64,000 bases of DNA from Nitrosopumilus sp. (GCA_963667665.2 OY763927.2:1184001-1248000), one strand, 5' to 3'. Counted from the first letter of the stretch, positions 48,451 through 59,487 are shown. A program made the numbers and translations. The notes: a model not told the origin generated them from the letters alone.

Positions 48451-49689
48451 TTGTCCAAGATTTCCTCGATTGAAGGACGTATTTTATATAATAGTAGAGG
48501 AAGCAAGACAATTGAAATAGATGTAAAATCAGAAGGTAAATTTCTTGGAAGAGTTTGTGCGCCATCAGGTGCCAGTGTAGGAAAATATGAAGCAGTAAGT
48601 TTTCCTAATGGAAAACCAGAAGAAAGTCTAAGAATAATTCAAGAAAATTCTCAAAAATTTATTGGATTAGAATCTTCAGATCTTAAAGGAATTCACGACA
48701 CTCTAAAAAGTCTGGATAATTCTACAAACTATTCAGAAATTGGAGGTGCACTTGCTTTTGCAGTGACAATTGCATCAATGGAATCAGCCTCAAAATCATC
48801 AGGAGAACCATTGTTTAAAACACTGTCATCAGAATCCTCATTCAAATTTCCATTTCCAATAGGAAATATTTTGGGAGGTGGAGCACATGCAGGACCTGGA
48901 ACACCAGACATTCAAGAGATTTTGATTTGTCCAACAGGGTCAAAGACTATAGAAAATGCTATTGAAACTAATTTGGCAGTACATAAAGAATTACGTAATG
49001 TTTTAGAAAAAGAAGATCCTAACTTTACTAACGGAAGAGGTGATGAAGGTGGATGGGCACCAAAATTAGAAAATGAAAAAGCATTAGAAGTTTCTGTAAA
49101 AGCTTGTGAAAATTTAGGATTTACTTTAGGAAAAGAGGTATCATTGGGGGTAGACTTTGCATCATCTACACAATGGAATGAAGAAAAACAAAAGTATGTT
49201 TATGACAGAGCTGGATTTGAAAATTCTACTGGAGAACAGATTGATTTTGCAGCAAATATTATTGAAAAATATAAATTAATTTATGCAGAGGATGCAGTCC
49301 ACGAAGAAGCATTTGAAGACATGGGAGAATTGACTGCCAAATTTCCAAACATACTGATTACAGGAGATGATTTGATAGTTACAAGCAAAGATATCCTGAC
49401 AAAAGCTATTGATTCAAAATCATGTAATGCAGCAATTCTAAAAGTAAATCAAGCAGGTAGTCTTTATGATGCTCTTGAATTTGCCAGTGTTGCAAATCAA
49501 AACAATATCAAATTAATCACATCACACAGATCGGGAGAATCAATTGATTCACAAATATCTCATATAGGAATAGCAACAAAATCAAAAATGCTCAAAGTTG
49601 GAGTAGTTGGTGGAGAAAGAGTAGCAAAACTCAATGAACTATTACGCCTATCAGAGCATGATTTAATACGCGGTATGGCAGAGATTTAA
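48451..49689 (+). CDS. eno: enolase
   Basis: NSRG, APSGASVG..EA, GDEGG, TGDDL, LKVNQAG, SHRSGE, ERVAKLNELLR. Confidence 0.95.
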   Translation: MSKISSIEGRILYNSRGSKTIEIDVKSEGKFLGRVCAPSGASVGKYEAVSFPNGKPEESLRIIQENSQKFIGLESSDLKGIHDTLKSLDNSTNYSEIGGALAFAVTIASMESASKSSGEPLFKTLSSESSFKFPFPIGNILGGGAHAGPGTPDIQEILICPTGSKTIENAIETNLAVHKELRNVLEKEDPNFTNGRGDEGGWAPKLENEKALEVSVKACENLGFTLGKEVSLGVDFASSTQWNEEKQKYVYDRAGFENSTGEQIDFAANIIEKYKLIYAEDAVHEEAFEDMGELTAKFPNILITGDDLIVTSKDILTKAIDSKSCNAAILKVNQAGSLYDALEFASVANQNNIKLITSHRSGESIDSQISHIGIATKSKMLKVGVVGGERVAKLNELLRLSEHDLIRGMAEI

Positions 49690-49696
49690 AATCGTC

Positions 49697-50320
49697 ATGA
49701 GTCAACAAGCAGAAGCAATAGACATCAAAAAGAAAATTTTAGCTACTGGAATTAGAGTAGGAACTCAAGTAAAGACAAAATTCATGAGGCCATTTATCAC
49801 TACAGCCAGTCCTGAAGGACTTTACATGCTTGATTTAGACATTACATTAGAGAAAATCAAAACTGCTGCGAAATTTATCAACAGAATAGGAACAGACAAT
49901 ATCATTGTATGTACAGGAAGACGATATGCAGAAACACCAATTGAAAAATTCTGTGAGATGTTAGATGCTAAGAAACTCCTTGGAAGATTCATGCCAGGAA
50001 CTTTGACAAATCCTTCATTGCCATATTATATTGAACCAAAATTAGTCTTAATTTCAGATCCACAAGTGGATGAGCAAGCAATTACAGAAGCAACGAATGC
50101 AGGTATTCCAGTCATAGGAATTGCAAATACGGATAATATTACATCAAAACTAGATGTAATTATTCCAGCAAACAATAGAGGAAGAAAAGCTCTTGCAACA
50201 GTTTACTGGTTATTGGTACGTCAAATTCTCATTGAAAGAGGAGAACTAAAAGAAAACGAATCAATGAAATATGAAATCGATGATTTTGAAACAAAGATTA
50301 CAGAAGAGGAAATCGAATAA
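49697..50320 (+). CDS. rps2: 30S ribosomal protein S2 (uS2)
   Basis: GRFMPGTLTNP, IIPANNRGRKAL. Confidence 0.97.
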   Translation: MSQQAEAIDIKKKILATGIRVGTQVKTKFMRPFITTASPEGLYMLDLDITLEKIKTAAKFINRIGTDNIIVCTGRRYAETPIEKFCEMLDAKKLLGRFMPGTLTNPSLPYYIEPKLVLISDPQVDEQAITEATNAGIPVIGIANTDNITSKLDVIIPANNRGRKALATVYWLLVRQILIERGELKENESMKYEIDDFETKITEEEIE

Positions 50321-50346
50321 ATCATTAAAAATTTTAAAGTGTTCAC

Positions 50347-51294
50347 TTGAAATCTAAAGCATCTGCTCCAGGAAAAGTTATTCTTTTTGGAGAACATTTT
50401 GTAGTATATGGAGTAAAAGTAATTCTTTGTGCAATCAATAAACGAATTACCGTCATTGCAGAAAAAGTAAAAGAAGAAGAAATATCTATCAAATCAAACA
50501 TAGGGGATTTAATTTTAAAACCAAACAAACCTATTGCAGAAATTGATTCTCCTCTAAAACCACTATACTATTTAGCAGACAAAATATTACAAAAACAAAA
50601 TCAAACTACAGGAATTAAAATTACAGTAGAATCAGACATTCCATTGGGAGTGGGTTTAGGTTCATCATCTGCTTGTTGTGTTGCAGGTGCTGCAGCAATT
50701 TCTAGATTATTTACAGAAACATCAAAAGAAGAAATTCTTGAACTTGCAATTGAAGCTGAAAAAACTATGTTTCAAAACACTTCAGGAGCAGATTGTACAG
50801 TTTGTACATATGGAGGAATTATGGAATATGATAAAAAAAATGGATTTACCAAAATAAGATCTGAACCCAATTTTCATCTTGTTATTGCAAATTCAAACAT
50901 AGAACATTCTACAGAATTAGTAGTTGCAGGAGTAAAACAATTCAAAGAAGAAAATGAAATTGAATTTTCCAAGTTATGCAATGATGAATCAAAATTAGTT
51001 GAAGATGTTCTAAAATTATTAAAAGACAACAACATCAAAGAATTAGGACATAAAATAAGTCAGAATCAGAAATATCTAGAGGTAATAGGAATTTCAAATG
51101 AAAAATTAAGAGACATGATCCTAATTGGAGAAAAATCATCATTTGGAGCAAAAATTACAGGTGCGGGAGGAGGTGGATGTATCTTTGCCTTGACAGATAA
51201 AACAAATTTGGAGCAGTCAATCAATCAATTCACAGATAAAAATTATGACTGCTTTTCTGTAAAAATTGATTTCAAAGGACTGGATACTTTTTAA
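50347..51294 (+). CDS. mvk: mevalonate kinase
   Basis: APGKVILFGEHFVVYG, PLGVGLGSSSA, KITGAGGGG. Confidence 0.95.
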   Translation: MKSKASAPGKVILFGEHFVVYGVKVILCAINKRITVIAEKVKEEEISIKSNIGDLILKPNKPIAEIDSPLKPLYYLADKILQKQNQTTGIKITVESDIPLGVGLGSSSACCVAGAAAISRLFTETSKEEILELAIEAEKTMFQNTSGADCTVCTYGGIMEYDKKNGFTKIRSEPNFHLVIANSNIEHSTELVVAGVKQFKEENEIEFSKLCNDESKLVEDVLKLLKDNNIKELGHKISQNQKYLEVIGISNEKLRDMILIGEKSSFGAKITGAGGGGCIFALTDKTNLEQSINQFTDKNYDCFSVKIDFKGLDTF

Positions 51295-51317
51295 TTAACT
51301 ACACAATTTGGAACAGC

Positions 51318-52061
51318 ATGATTCTAATAAAATTAGGTGGTTCAATTATCACAAATAAAGAAAAACCATTATCAGTTAGAAGAAAAACAATAGAAAAAAT
51401 TGCTAAGAGTTTAAAAAAAATCGATGAAACAATGATTATTGTTCATGGTGGTGGTTCCTATGGACATTATTGGTCTGTAAAATATAATATGCATACAAAA
51501 GAAAAAAAGTATGATCTTAGAGGAGTAGCAATTGTAAAAAATTCAATGATCGAATTAAACAAGATTGTTTTGGATTCATTATTAAAAAATAAATTAAATC
51601 CATATTGTTTTCCACCATCAAATTTTATGTTAGGAAACAAACCAATTTCAAAAAAGATTGAAGAAATAGAAAAAATTGCAAAATCAGGCTTAATTCCAGT
51701 AACATATGGAGATGCATTATGGTACGGTCAACAAAAAACATACATTTTGTCAGGTGACAAGATAATGACGCATCTTGCAAAAATTTTAAAACCAAGACTT
51801 AGCATTTTTGTTCTAAATGAAGATGGATTGTACTCTGATCTCAAATCAAAAAAATTAATTTATGAATTAAAGGGTAAACGTCCTTCAATTTCAGAAAATA
51901 AAAAAGATGTCACTGGTGGAATGGTTAGAAAAGTAGAGGAGGCCTCAAAGATTTCAAAAATGGGAATAAATGTATTTTTTGTAAATGGAAACAAACCTGA
52001 AAGAATTGTGAAAGCTGTTAAAAATAGGAAATTTGAAGGGACATTGTTTAGAGGAAAATGA
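51318..52061 (+). CDS. ipk: isopentenyl phosphate kinase
   Basis: IKLGGSIITNK, VHGGGSYGH, LSGD, DVTGGM; lies between mvk and idi. Confidence 0.9.
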   Translation: MILIKLGGSIITNKEKPLSVRRKTIEKIAKSLKKIDETMIIVHGGGSYGHYWSVKYNMHTKEKKYDLRGVAIVKNSMIELNKIVLDSLLKNKLNPYCFPPSNFMLGNKPISKKIEEIEKIAKSGLIPVTYGDALWYGQQKTYILSGDKIMTHLAKILKPRLSIFVLNEDGLYSDLKSKKLIYELKGKRPSISENKKDVTGGMVRKVEEASKISKMGINVFFVNGNKPERIVKAVKNRKFEGTLFRGK

Positions 52062-52062
52062 A

Positions 52063-52713
52063 ATGTCTGAAGAATATGTAATTTTAGTTGATGAAAATGA
52101 TAATCCAATCGGTACTGAAGAAAAAGTAAAGTGTCATTTGCCTAATGGAAAACTGCATAGAGCATTTACTGCTTTATTATTTGATGAAGACGGTAGATTA
52201 GTAATTACAAGACGAGCAAAAGAAAAGATGTTGTGGCCAAGTGATTGGGATGGAACATTTGCAAGTCACCCAAGAGAATCTGAAACTTATGTATCATCAG
52301 GCGAAAGAAGAATGCCTGAAGAATTAGGAATTGAAGGAAAATTAGATTATTTACACAAATTTGAGTATCATATATCTTTCAAAGATGTGGGTTCTGAAAA
52401 TGAAATTTGTGGAACATTAATTGGAATAATTGATAAATCTACAGAACTAAAAGAAATTGAAGGGGAAATAGATGAAATTAAGTGGATTTCTGCAAAAGAG
52501 TTACTTTTAGAATTAAAGACAAATCCTCAAATTTATTGTCCATGGATGCTTATTGCTTTAGTATTATTAGATAAATCTGAGCAATCTATGCTTGAAAAGC
52601 ATGAAAATGTCTTATCTACATGGATGAATAATGAAGTTCATGATAGATTGCATGAAGCAATCAAGACACATTTACCAAAAGACAAGTGGAGATTAGTAAA
52701 TGGAAAAAAATAA
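52063..52713 (+). CDS. idi: isopentenyl-diphosphate delta-isomerase, type 1 (NUDIX-like)
   Basis: VILVDEND, LHRAF, SHP, EELG, ENEIC, CPW; start set at ATG 52063. Confidence 0.9.
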   Translation: MSEEYVILVDENDNPIGTEEKVKCHLPNGKLHRAFTALLFDEDGRLVITRRAKEKMLWPSDWDGTFASHPRESETYVSSGERRMPEELGIEGKLDYLHKFEYHISFKDVGSENEICGTLIGIIDKSTELKEIEGEIDEIKWISAKELLLELKTNPQIYCPWMLIALVLLDKSEQSMLEKHENVLSTWMNNEVHDRLHEAIKTHLPKDKWRLVNGKK

Positions 52714-53680
52714 TCCAATTGAAAAAAATGCAAAAATAGTAAACAAGTCTCTTAATTCAAAACTAAAAGGAAATCCAAAGAGACTCTATGATGCAGCTGG
52801 TCACTTGATTATTCATGGTGGAAAAAGACTTAGACCATATATGGTAATTAGAAGTTGTCAAATTTTAGGAGGTAAAGTTTCTAATGCAATGCTTGCTGCA
52901 AGTGCTGTAGAAATGGTTCATAACTTTACTTTAGTTCATGATGATATAATGGATAATGATGAGATGCGTCACGGAGTTCCAACTGTACATAAAAAATTTG
53001 GAATGTCAGTTGCAATTCTAGCTGGTGATGTTTTATTTTCAAAAGCTTTTCAAATAATTACTGAATCAAAATTATCTGCAAATGCTACTACTAAATTAGT
53101 TTCCAGACTATCAAAAGCATGTGTAGATGTATGTGAAGGTCAGTTACTTGATGTAAAGATGGCCGAAGATAAAAAAATTCCAACACAAACAGACTACATT
53201 ACAATGATTAGTAAAAAGACTGCAGCGTTATTTGATGTATCATGTGCAATGGGAGCTATTTGTGCCACAAACAAATCTAGCGACATTTCAAATCTTTCAT
53301 CATTTGGAAAAAATTTAGGAATTGCATTTCAGATAACTGATGACCTAATAGGAGTTATGGGAGATCCTAAAATTACAAAGAAACCTGTTGGAAACGATCT
53401 TAGAGAAGGTAAAAAATCACTTCCAATTCTAATGGCAATAAAATCAGCAAAAGGCAAAAACAAAAAAATAATTCTAAAGGCATTTGGAAATTCCAAGGCA
53501 ACAAGAAATGATCTAAATAAGGCGGTAGAAGTAATTCGCTCTCTTGGAATTGAAGAAAATGTTAGAAAACAGGCTCTAAAATATGCAGAAAAAGCAGAAA
53601 AATCATTGGGAAAGTATTCAGGCTTTGCTAAAACAGAACTAATCACATTATTGGATTTTGTAGTTATGAGAAGTGTATAG
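52700..53680 (+). CDS. geranylgeranyl diphosphate synthase (polyprenyl synthetase)
   Basis: GGKRLRP, HDDIMDND..R.G, KKTA, AFQITDD, DLREGKKS. Confidence 0.93.
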   Translation: MEKNNPIEKNAKIVNKSLNSKLKGNPKRLYDAAGHLIIHGGKRLRPYMVIRSCQILGGKVSNAMLAASAVEMVHNFTLVHDDIMDNDEMRHGVPTVHKKFGMSVAILAGDVLFSKAFQIITESKLSANATTKLVSRLSKACVDVCEGQLLDVKMAEDKKIPTQTDYITMISKKTAALFDVSCAMGAICATNKSSDISNLSSFGKNLGIAFQITDDLIGVMGDPKITKKPVGNDLREGKKSLPILMAIKSAKGKNKKIILKAFGNSKATRNDLNKAVEVIRSLGIEENVRKQALKYAEKAEKSLGKYSGFAKTELITLLDFVVMRSV

Positions 53681-53699
53681 TTACAATAGGTGAATCAGC

Positions 53700-55409
53700 A
53701 TGGATAAAGAATTAAAAAAAGAAATTAGGAAAATGGCCCTTCAAAATGCATTTGAGCATGGAGGACAAACTCAAGATAAAATAATTTTGGGAAAAATTCT
53801 TGGAACTAAACCAGTATTTAGAACTAAAGTAAAAGAAATTACAGAAGATATTTCTGAAATTGTTGCAAATGTAAATCAGTTATCATCAGAAGAACAAAAA
53901 AAAGAAATTGATGAAAACTTTCCAGAAATTTTAGCACCTAAAGAAAAAATCAAAGGAAGAGAAGGCCTTCCAGAATTAGAAGGAGCTGAACAAGGAAAAG
54001 TCATTACAAGATTTCCTCCTGAACCAAATGGCTATCCGCACATAGGACATGCAAAAGCTGCCATCATTAATTCAGAATATGCAAAGATGTATGGTGGAAA
54101 ATTTATTCTAAGAATGGATGACACAAATCCTGAAGCAGAGAGAATGGAGTATCATGCAGCTATCAAAGTTGGATTAGAGTGGATAGGAATAAAATTTGAC
54201 ACTGTAAAAAGTACTTCAGATGATATGGAAGTATTTTATGAGAAAGGTATAGAATTAATCAATTCTGGAAAAGCTTACGTTTGTACTTGTAAAAGAGACA
54301 ACATCAGTAAGAACAGAAGAGAAAGAAAAGCTTGCAAGTGCAGTATGGGAGATATTGACAAAAATAATAAAAATTGGGAAAAGATGAAAGAAAAATACAA
54401 ACCTGGTGATGCAATTCTAAGATTTCGTGGAGACATGAAAGCAGATAATGCAGTCATGAGAGATCCAGTATTATTCAGAATAATTGATGAAAGTCATTAC
54501 ACATTAGGTAAAAAATATAGAATTTGGCCTAGTTATGATTTTGCAGTTGCAATTGAAGATAGTATTGATGGAATTACACATGCTTTTCGTTCAAAAGAAT
54601 TTGAACTAAGAAAAGAGCTAACTGATGCAATCTTAGATGCATTAAACATGAGAAAGCCATACCAAGGATTTTTCTCCAGATTAGAATTCAAAGGAATGCC
54701 AATTTCAAAAAGAATCATCAAGCCATTGATTGAAGAAGGCAAGGTTTCATGGTATGATGATCCAAGACTACCAACTCTTGAGGCACTTAGAAGAAGAGGG
54801 ATTAGACCAGAGGCTATCAGAAAATTCATTCTATCTTTAGGGTTAACCAAAGCAAATACTCTTGCTCCATTTGATGCACTTGAAGCATTTAATAGAAAAT
54901 TTGTGGATGCTGAAAGTACAAGATTATTCATGGTAAGCAATGCAAAAAAATTAACAGTGAAAAATTTACCAATATCATCAGTTGAAATTCCTAACCATCC
55001 AATTAATGACATGGGGAAAAGAAAAATTGAGATTGATGAAAATTTTTATATTTCTGGAGATGATGCACTAAACATAAAACAAGGAATGAAGATTAGACTT
55101 TTAGGATTAGGAAATGTTTCCATTACAAAAGTCGGTACAGAATTTGAAGGTGAGTTTATTGAAGAGAAAGAAACAAAAGATATTTTGAAAATTCAATGGG
55201 TATCACAAAAAACTGCACATGAAATTAAGATGATCATTCCAAAAGCATTATTCATTGGTGATGAATTTAATGAAGAAAGTTTAGAAGAATTAGATGTTTT
55301 TACAGAACCATATTATCTACAATTAAAAGAAGGGGAAGAAATACAATTTGTCAGATTTGGATATTGTAGAAAAGATTCACAGAATCAAGCGATTTTTACA
55401 CACAAGTGA
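53700..55409 (+). CDS. gltX: glutamate--tRNA ligase
   Basis: TRFPPEPNGYPHIGH, RMDDTNP, ISKR, WYDDPRLPT, QFVRFGY. Confidence 0.96.
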   Translation: MDKELKKEIRKMALQNAFEHGGQTQDKIILGKILGTKPVFRTKVKEITEDISEIVANVNQLSSEEQKKEIDENFPEILAPKEKIKGREGLPELEGAEQGKVITRFPPEPNGYPHIGHAKAAIINSEYAKMYGGKFILRMDDTNPEAERMEYHAAIKVGLEWIGIKFDTVKSTSDDMEVFYEKGIELINSGKAYVCTCKRDNISKNRRERKACKCSMGDIDKNNKNWEKMKEKYKPGDAILRFRGDMKADNAVMRDPVLFRIIDESHYTLGKKYRIWPSYDFAVAIEDSIDGITHAFRSKEFELRKELTDAILDALNMRKPYQGFFSRLEFKGMPISKRIIKPLIEEGKVSWYDDPRLPTLEALRRRGIRPEAIRKFILSLGLTKANTLAPFDALEAFNRKFVDAESTRLFMVSNAKKLTVKNLPISSVEIPNHPINDMGKRKIEIDENFYISGDDALNIKQGMKIRLLGLGNVSITKVGTEFEGEFIEEKETKDILKIQWVSQKTAHEIKMIIPKALFIGDEFNEESLEELDVFTEPYYLQLKEGEEIQFVRFGYCRKDSQNQAIFTHK

Positions 55410-55415
55410 TCAAGT

Positions 55416-56285
55416 ATGAAAATAGTGAGATTATTACATGAAAATATTGAAACATATGGTTTCGTTAAAGGAGATAAAGTAGCCACAAAAGATGAAATTA
55501 CTTTTCTAACAGGAATTCCAATTCCATTTACTGTAAAAGAATTTCTTTTTGATGGATGGTATGATGAAATCAAAAACAAGATTGGAGATTTGCCATATGA
55601 AGAAAATATTTCAAAATTCAAATTATTATCACCAATCCAAAATCCAAATAAAATAATCTGTTTGGCATTCAACTATTCAGACCATGCTGAAGAACAAGGA
55701 TTGCAAGCACCTGAAGATCCAGTCATTGTGATTAAACCACGAACAACACTAACTAGTACTGAATCAGATATTGTATGCCCAGATTTTGTTTCAGAATTAG
55801 ACTATGAAGTAGAATTAGCCGTGATTATTGGAAAAAACTGCAAAAATGTCAGTGCAGAGGATGCATCAAAGGCTGTATTTGGATATATGGTATTCAATGA
55901 TGTTTCTGCTAGAGATATTCAATTCAAAGATAAACAGTTTACTAGAGGAAAGAGTTTTGATACGTTTGCACCATGTGGTCCATGGATTACAACAGCTGAT
56001 GAAATCAAAGATGCCCAAAATCTAAAGATGACAACCAAAATTAATGGAGAATTAAGACAAAACTCTTCTACAAGTAAAATGTTTTTAAAAATCCCTGAAA
56101 TTGTTTCAAAAATTTCCAAAGTCATGACTTTAGAAAAAGGAGACATTATTGCTACAGGAACACCAGCAGGTGTAGCACTAAAGAATCCAAATGTAGAATT
56201 TTTGAAAGACGGAGATAAAGTTGAAATGGAAATTGAGGGTCTTGGAATTTTAAAAAATACAATAAAGTTTGTTAAATCAGACTAA
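55416..56285 (+). CDS. fumarylacetoacetate hydrolase-family protein
   Basis: LDYEVELAVIIG, NDVSARD, GKSFDTFAPCGP, GDIIATGTPAGV. Confidence 0.93.
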   Translation: MKIVRLLHENIETYGFVKGDKVATKDEITFLTGIPIPFTVKEFLFDGWYDEIKNKIGDLPYEENISKFKLLSPIQNPNKIICLAFNYSDHAEEQGLQAPEDPVIVIKPRTTLTSTESDIVCPDFVSELDYEVELAVIIGKNCKNVSAEDASKAVFGYMVFNDVSARDIQFKDKQFTRGKSFDTFAPCGPWITTADEIKDAQNLKMTTKINGELRQNSSTSKMFLKIPEIVSKISKVMTLEKGDIIATGTPAGVALKNPNVEFLKDGDKVEMEIEGLGILKNTIKFVKSD

Positions 56286-57053
56286 AGATTTCTTCATTAA
56301 ATTAAATGAAATTTTATGTTCTAATGAATCAAAAATAGGTAATTGTTCTTTAGTCAAAATTTGTATTCTTTCATAATTTTTCTCCATACCATAATTTTGT
56401 AAAAAGGAAATTACTTGTAATGTGGTGTTTTGTGAGCCTGAAAATAATGTAACAATCAAAGTTTTATCAAAATGTTCGGAATCAGTAAAAATTGCAATTG
56501 AATTTTTACCATCCACATAAGATTTGACAATTTTATTTTGTTCATAAAATGTAGATAATGTATCATCATCAATAGGAAGCCATCTCCAAGATTTTACATA
56601 ATGAGAACATAATTGACGATTTAGAGATTTTTCAAAATAGATATCATAATTTGGATTTTTTTTTGGCATAAGAGAGTAAAAATTCCATGTTTGAAAGATG
56701 GCATAATCTAAAGAATGTGCCATTAAGTGAGATGAAGTGTTTTCAGTATCAATTAACATAAAGGAAAATGAGGCACCATTTTCTAGTCCAATTGATTCAG
56801 CATGTTTTACTAGTTTGGATGCAATTTTTTGTCTTCGAAAATTTGGATCTATCCTAATTCCTTCAATCCAAATTTGGTCTTCTGAGTAAAATGCATGACA
56901 TATTCCAATGGGAAACTGTTTTTCAAATAATAGTAAATTACCTTCTGATAACCAAGAATCCCAGACTTGTTCTACATAGTCTCCCCAAGAAAAAGTATTT
57001 TTACAAAATTTCAAAACTGGAATTTTATCTAAATCGTTTGCTTCTCTAATCAT
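56277..57053 (-). CDS. GNAT-family N-acetyltransferase
   Basis: WIEGIRIDPNFRRQKIASKL acetyl-CoA-binding motif. Confidence 0.85.
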   Translation of the reverse strand: MIREANDLDKIPVLKFCKNTFSWGDYVEQVWDSWLSEGNLLLFEKQFPIGICHAFYSEDQIWIEGIRIDPNFRRQKIASKLVKHAESIGLENGASFSFMLIDTENTSSHLMAHSLDYAIFQTWNFYSLMPKKNPNYDIYFEKSLNRQLCSHYVKSWRWLPIDDDTLSTFYEQNKIVKSYVDGKNSIAIFTDSEHFDKTLIVTLFSGSQNTTLQVISFLQNYGMEKNYERIQILTKEQLPIFDSLEHKISFNLMKKSLV

Positions 57054-57102
57054 TATTGTCACTGTACAAAACAATATTAAGAATAATCAAATAAAAACTA
57101 CA

Positions 57103-57411
57103 ATGGGAAAAATTATAGCTGGTAAAATATCAGATATTCCTCCTGGAAAGATGATCAAGGTTTCTATTGATGGAAAAGACATCTTAGTTGCAAATATTGA
57201 TGGTAAATATTGTGCAACTGATGATTCTTGTACTCATTCAGGTTCCAGTCTATCAGAAGGAAAATTAGATGGATGTACAATTACATGTGGTTGGCATGGT
57301 GCACAATTTGATAGTAAAACAGGGAAATTAGTTAAATTCCCAACAAAAATTAGAGATTTGACATCATACAATGTTGTGGTAGAATCAGACGACGTGTTTG
57401 TAGAGATGTGA
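57103..57411 (+). CDS. Rieske [2Fe-2S] ferredoxin
   Basis: CTH...CGWHGAQFD. Confidence 0.93.
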   Translation: MGKIIAGKISDIPPGKMIKVSIDGKDILVANIDGKYCATDDSCTHSGSSLSEGKLDGCTITCGWHGAQFDSKTGKLVKFPTKIRDLTSYNVVVESDDVFVEM

Positions 57412-57447
57412 CTATATACTGCTAATTTTTAAGAAAAGGTGTTAAAA

Positions 57448-57717
57448 ATGGTAGACGACGCTCAAAATAAAGAATCAATGAAAGAAGCAATTGAAACATT
57501 AAACCAAATTGCATCCAATAATTCTACTCCAAAGACAATTAGAAAATCAGTTTCGGATTTGATTGGAGATTTGAGTAAGGAAGGAGATTCATTATCAGTA
57601 AGAGCCGCAAATACAATTAGTCTACTAGATGACGTAACACAAGATCCCAACATGCCTTCATACGTTAGAACACAGTTATGGCAAGCGGTTTCAAAATTAG
57701 AAAGTATAAGAGAATAA
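57448..57717 (+). CDS. UPF0147-family protein
   Basis: TPKTIR, VRAANTISLLDDVTQDPNMPSYVRTQLW. Confidence 0.88.
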   Translation: MVDDAQNKESMKEAIETLNQIASNNSTPKTIRKSVSDLIGDLSKEGDSLSVRAANTISLLDDVTQDPNMPSYVRTQLWQAVSKLESIRE

Positions 57718-57742
57718 ATTCTCTCATGTAGAAATAATACTA

Positions 57743-58504
57743 TTGAAAATTGAGGAATATTTAGAAACACTTCCAGAAAATTTACTTAGTGGGGAAGACG
57801 TTCAGCTACCAGAAAAATCTTTTAGAGAAATTTTCAAATTTATAGATTTAGGGGAAAATGATATTTTTTATCATTTAGGTTGTGGTAATGAAAAAGGAAT
57901 AGAGATAGCAGTAAAAGAGTTCAAAGTAAAAAAAGCTGTAGGGATAGATAACAATCCTGAAAAAATTCAACATGGAAAAGAAATTCTTGAACAAAAAAAT
58001 ATTCAAGGACAATTAGTTTGTAAAAATATAGAAGAATCAGATATCTCAGATGCTACAGCAATTTTGTTCTGGTTCACAGATGATAATGTGATTAATCAAA
58101 TGTTAGGAAAATTTGAAAAACTAAAACCAGAAACAAAAATAATTACAATTTGGGGACCACTTCCAGATTGTATTCCAGATAAAGTAAATTTTCCATACAT
58201 TATCAACAAAATACCATTCAAAAAAGCACAAAGTATGAAAGAACAGGTATTAGCAATTTTTGGCGTAAAATGCATAGATTTTGTCACAGCATGGGAATTT
58301 GCAGAAAGATATACAAAATCTATTGGAACCCCTGAAATTAAAAATGATCGATTTTTGACAATCATACAGACATTAATGATTTGGATTAATGCAAAAAAAT
58401 TAGGAGTTGCTTGTGGTGAAGAGATTCCAGAAGCTATTCAAACTTATATCAATATCATGAAAATGCAATTTGACATTGATTTTGAATATCTTTTAAAAGA
58501 ATAA
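57743..58504 (+). CDS. SAM-dependent methyltransferase-like protein
   Basis: FYHLGCG, AVGID, DISDAT motifs. Confidence 0.75.
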   Translation: MKIEEYLETLPENLLSGEDVQLPEKSFREIFKFIDLGENDIFYHLGCGNEKGIEIAVKEFKVKKAVGIDNNPEKIQHGKEILEQKNIQGQLVCKNIEESDISDATAILFWFTDDNVINQMLGKFEKLKPETKIITIWGPLPDCIPDKVNFPYIINKIPFKKAQSMKEQVLAIFGVKCIDFVTAWEFAERYTKSIGTPEIKNDRFLTIIQTLMIWINAKKLGVACGEEIPEAIQTYINIMKMQFDIDFEYLLKE

Positions 58505-58539
58505 TCGGTGTAAGCCTTTTATTTTGTTTTGATGTAATA

Positions 58540-58893
58540 TTGAATATGGAAAGTAGAATTAACATCAATGTTTCTACAGTAGATTATGATAAAACAAGTA
58601 AAGCATTAACTCATCAACTAGTTCTTTTAGAAGAAATGGTTCATAGTAAAGAAGATTTTGTTATGACTGATTCTGAATTTGCATTTGGTTGGCACTTTTT
58701 TGTATTAAGTGTGAATAAATCGCTTGTTGAAAAATTGATCGAAATTATGGGAGCAGATTTTAATAAACTAAAAGGAAAAGGAATTGAAAAAAAATTTCTT
58801 ACATGGTTAACAAAGAATGTAGAAACCAAGTCTCCACGATTCAAACTTGCCATCAAAGAAGAAATGGAATCTAGTAAATTCGGTATTTTCTAA
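58540..58893 (+). CDS. hypothetical protein
   Basis: 117-aa ORF with plausible composition; no family recognised. Confidence 0.7.
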   Translation: MNMESRININVSTVDYDKTSKALTHQLVLLEEMVHSKEDFVMTDSEFAFGWHFFVLSVNKSLVEKLIEIMGADFNKLKGKGIEKKFLTWLTKNVETKSPRFKLAIKEEMESSKFGIF

Positions 58894-59024
58894 AAATTAG
58901 GTATGAAAAAGGATTGATTTTTACTCATTAAGGCAAATGATCCCAAAATCTTCAAATTATATCTAGAATTAATATTTAAAATTCTTTTAGAAAATTTTAT
59001 CATCTAGAATGATTATCAATTATT

Positions 59025-59372
59025 ATGGATATACAAAAAGCAGTTGAAAAAATTTTGAAGGTAAGCCCATCTGTCAGAGTAGTCAGTGTGGTTGATCTCA
59101 AAGGAAAAGTGGTATTTTCAGAACGTGCTAAGAAAGTGAAAATTTTGGTGTCAAAGAAACAGAGCTTGGCATCATTAAAGGCAGCAGCAAATGATTGGAA
59201 ACAACGAAAAAAACTAGTAAAAACGCTTGGTACATGCAAGTATGTTGTTGCAGAATATGACACGATAAAGAGGATAATTATGCCTGCAGGAAGAAATCAT
59301 ATTTTGTATGTAACTACTACTGCAGCTTTAGATCATAACAAAGTAGTTCGTAAAGTACGCTCTTTAAAGTAA
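59025..59372 (+). CDS. roadblock/profilin-like small protein (thaumarchaeal expanded family)
   Basis: VRVVSVVDLKGKVV...LGTCKYVVAEYDTIKRIIMP pattern. Confidence 0.6.
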   Translation: MDIQKAVEKILKVSPSVRVVSVVDLKGKVVFSERAKKVKILVSKKQSLASLKAAANDWKQRKKLVKTLGTCKYVVAEYDTIKRIIMPAGRNHILYVTTTAALDHNKVVRKVRSLK

Positions 59373-59487
59373 TCAAAACAATTCTATTTTTTTTTACAGT
59401 TTATTCAAGCTAGATCATTAGTTATTTTAAAAAAATTTTAGTGACAATACATTTTGTTGATTGTCTTTTTTAGATTAGTCACTGAAT

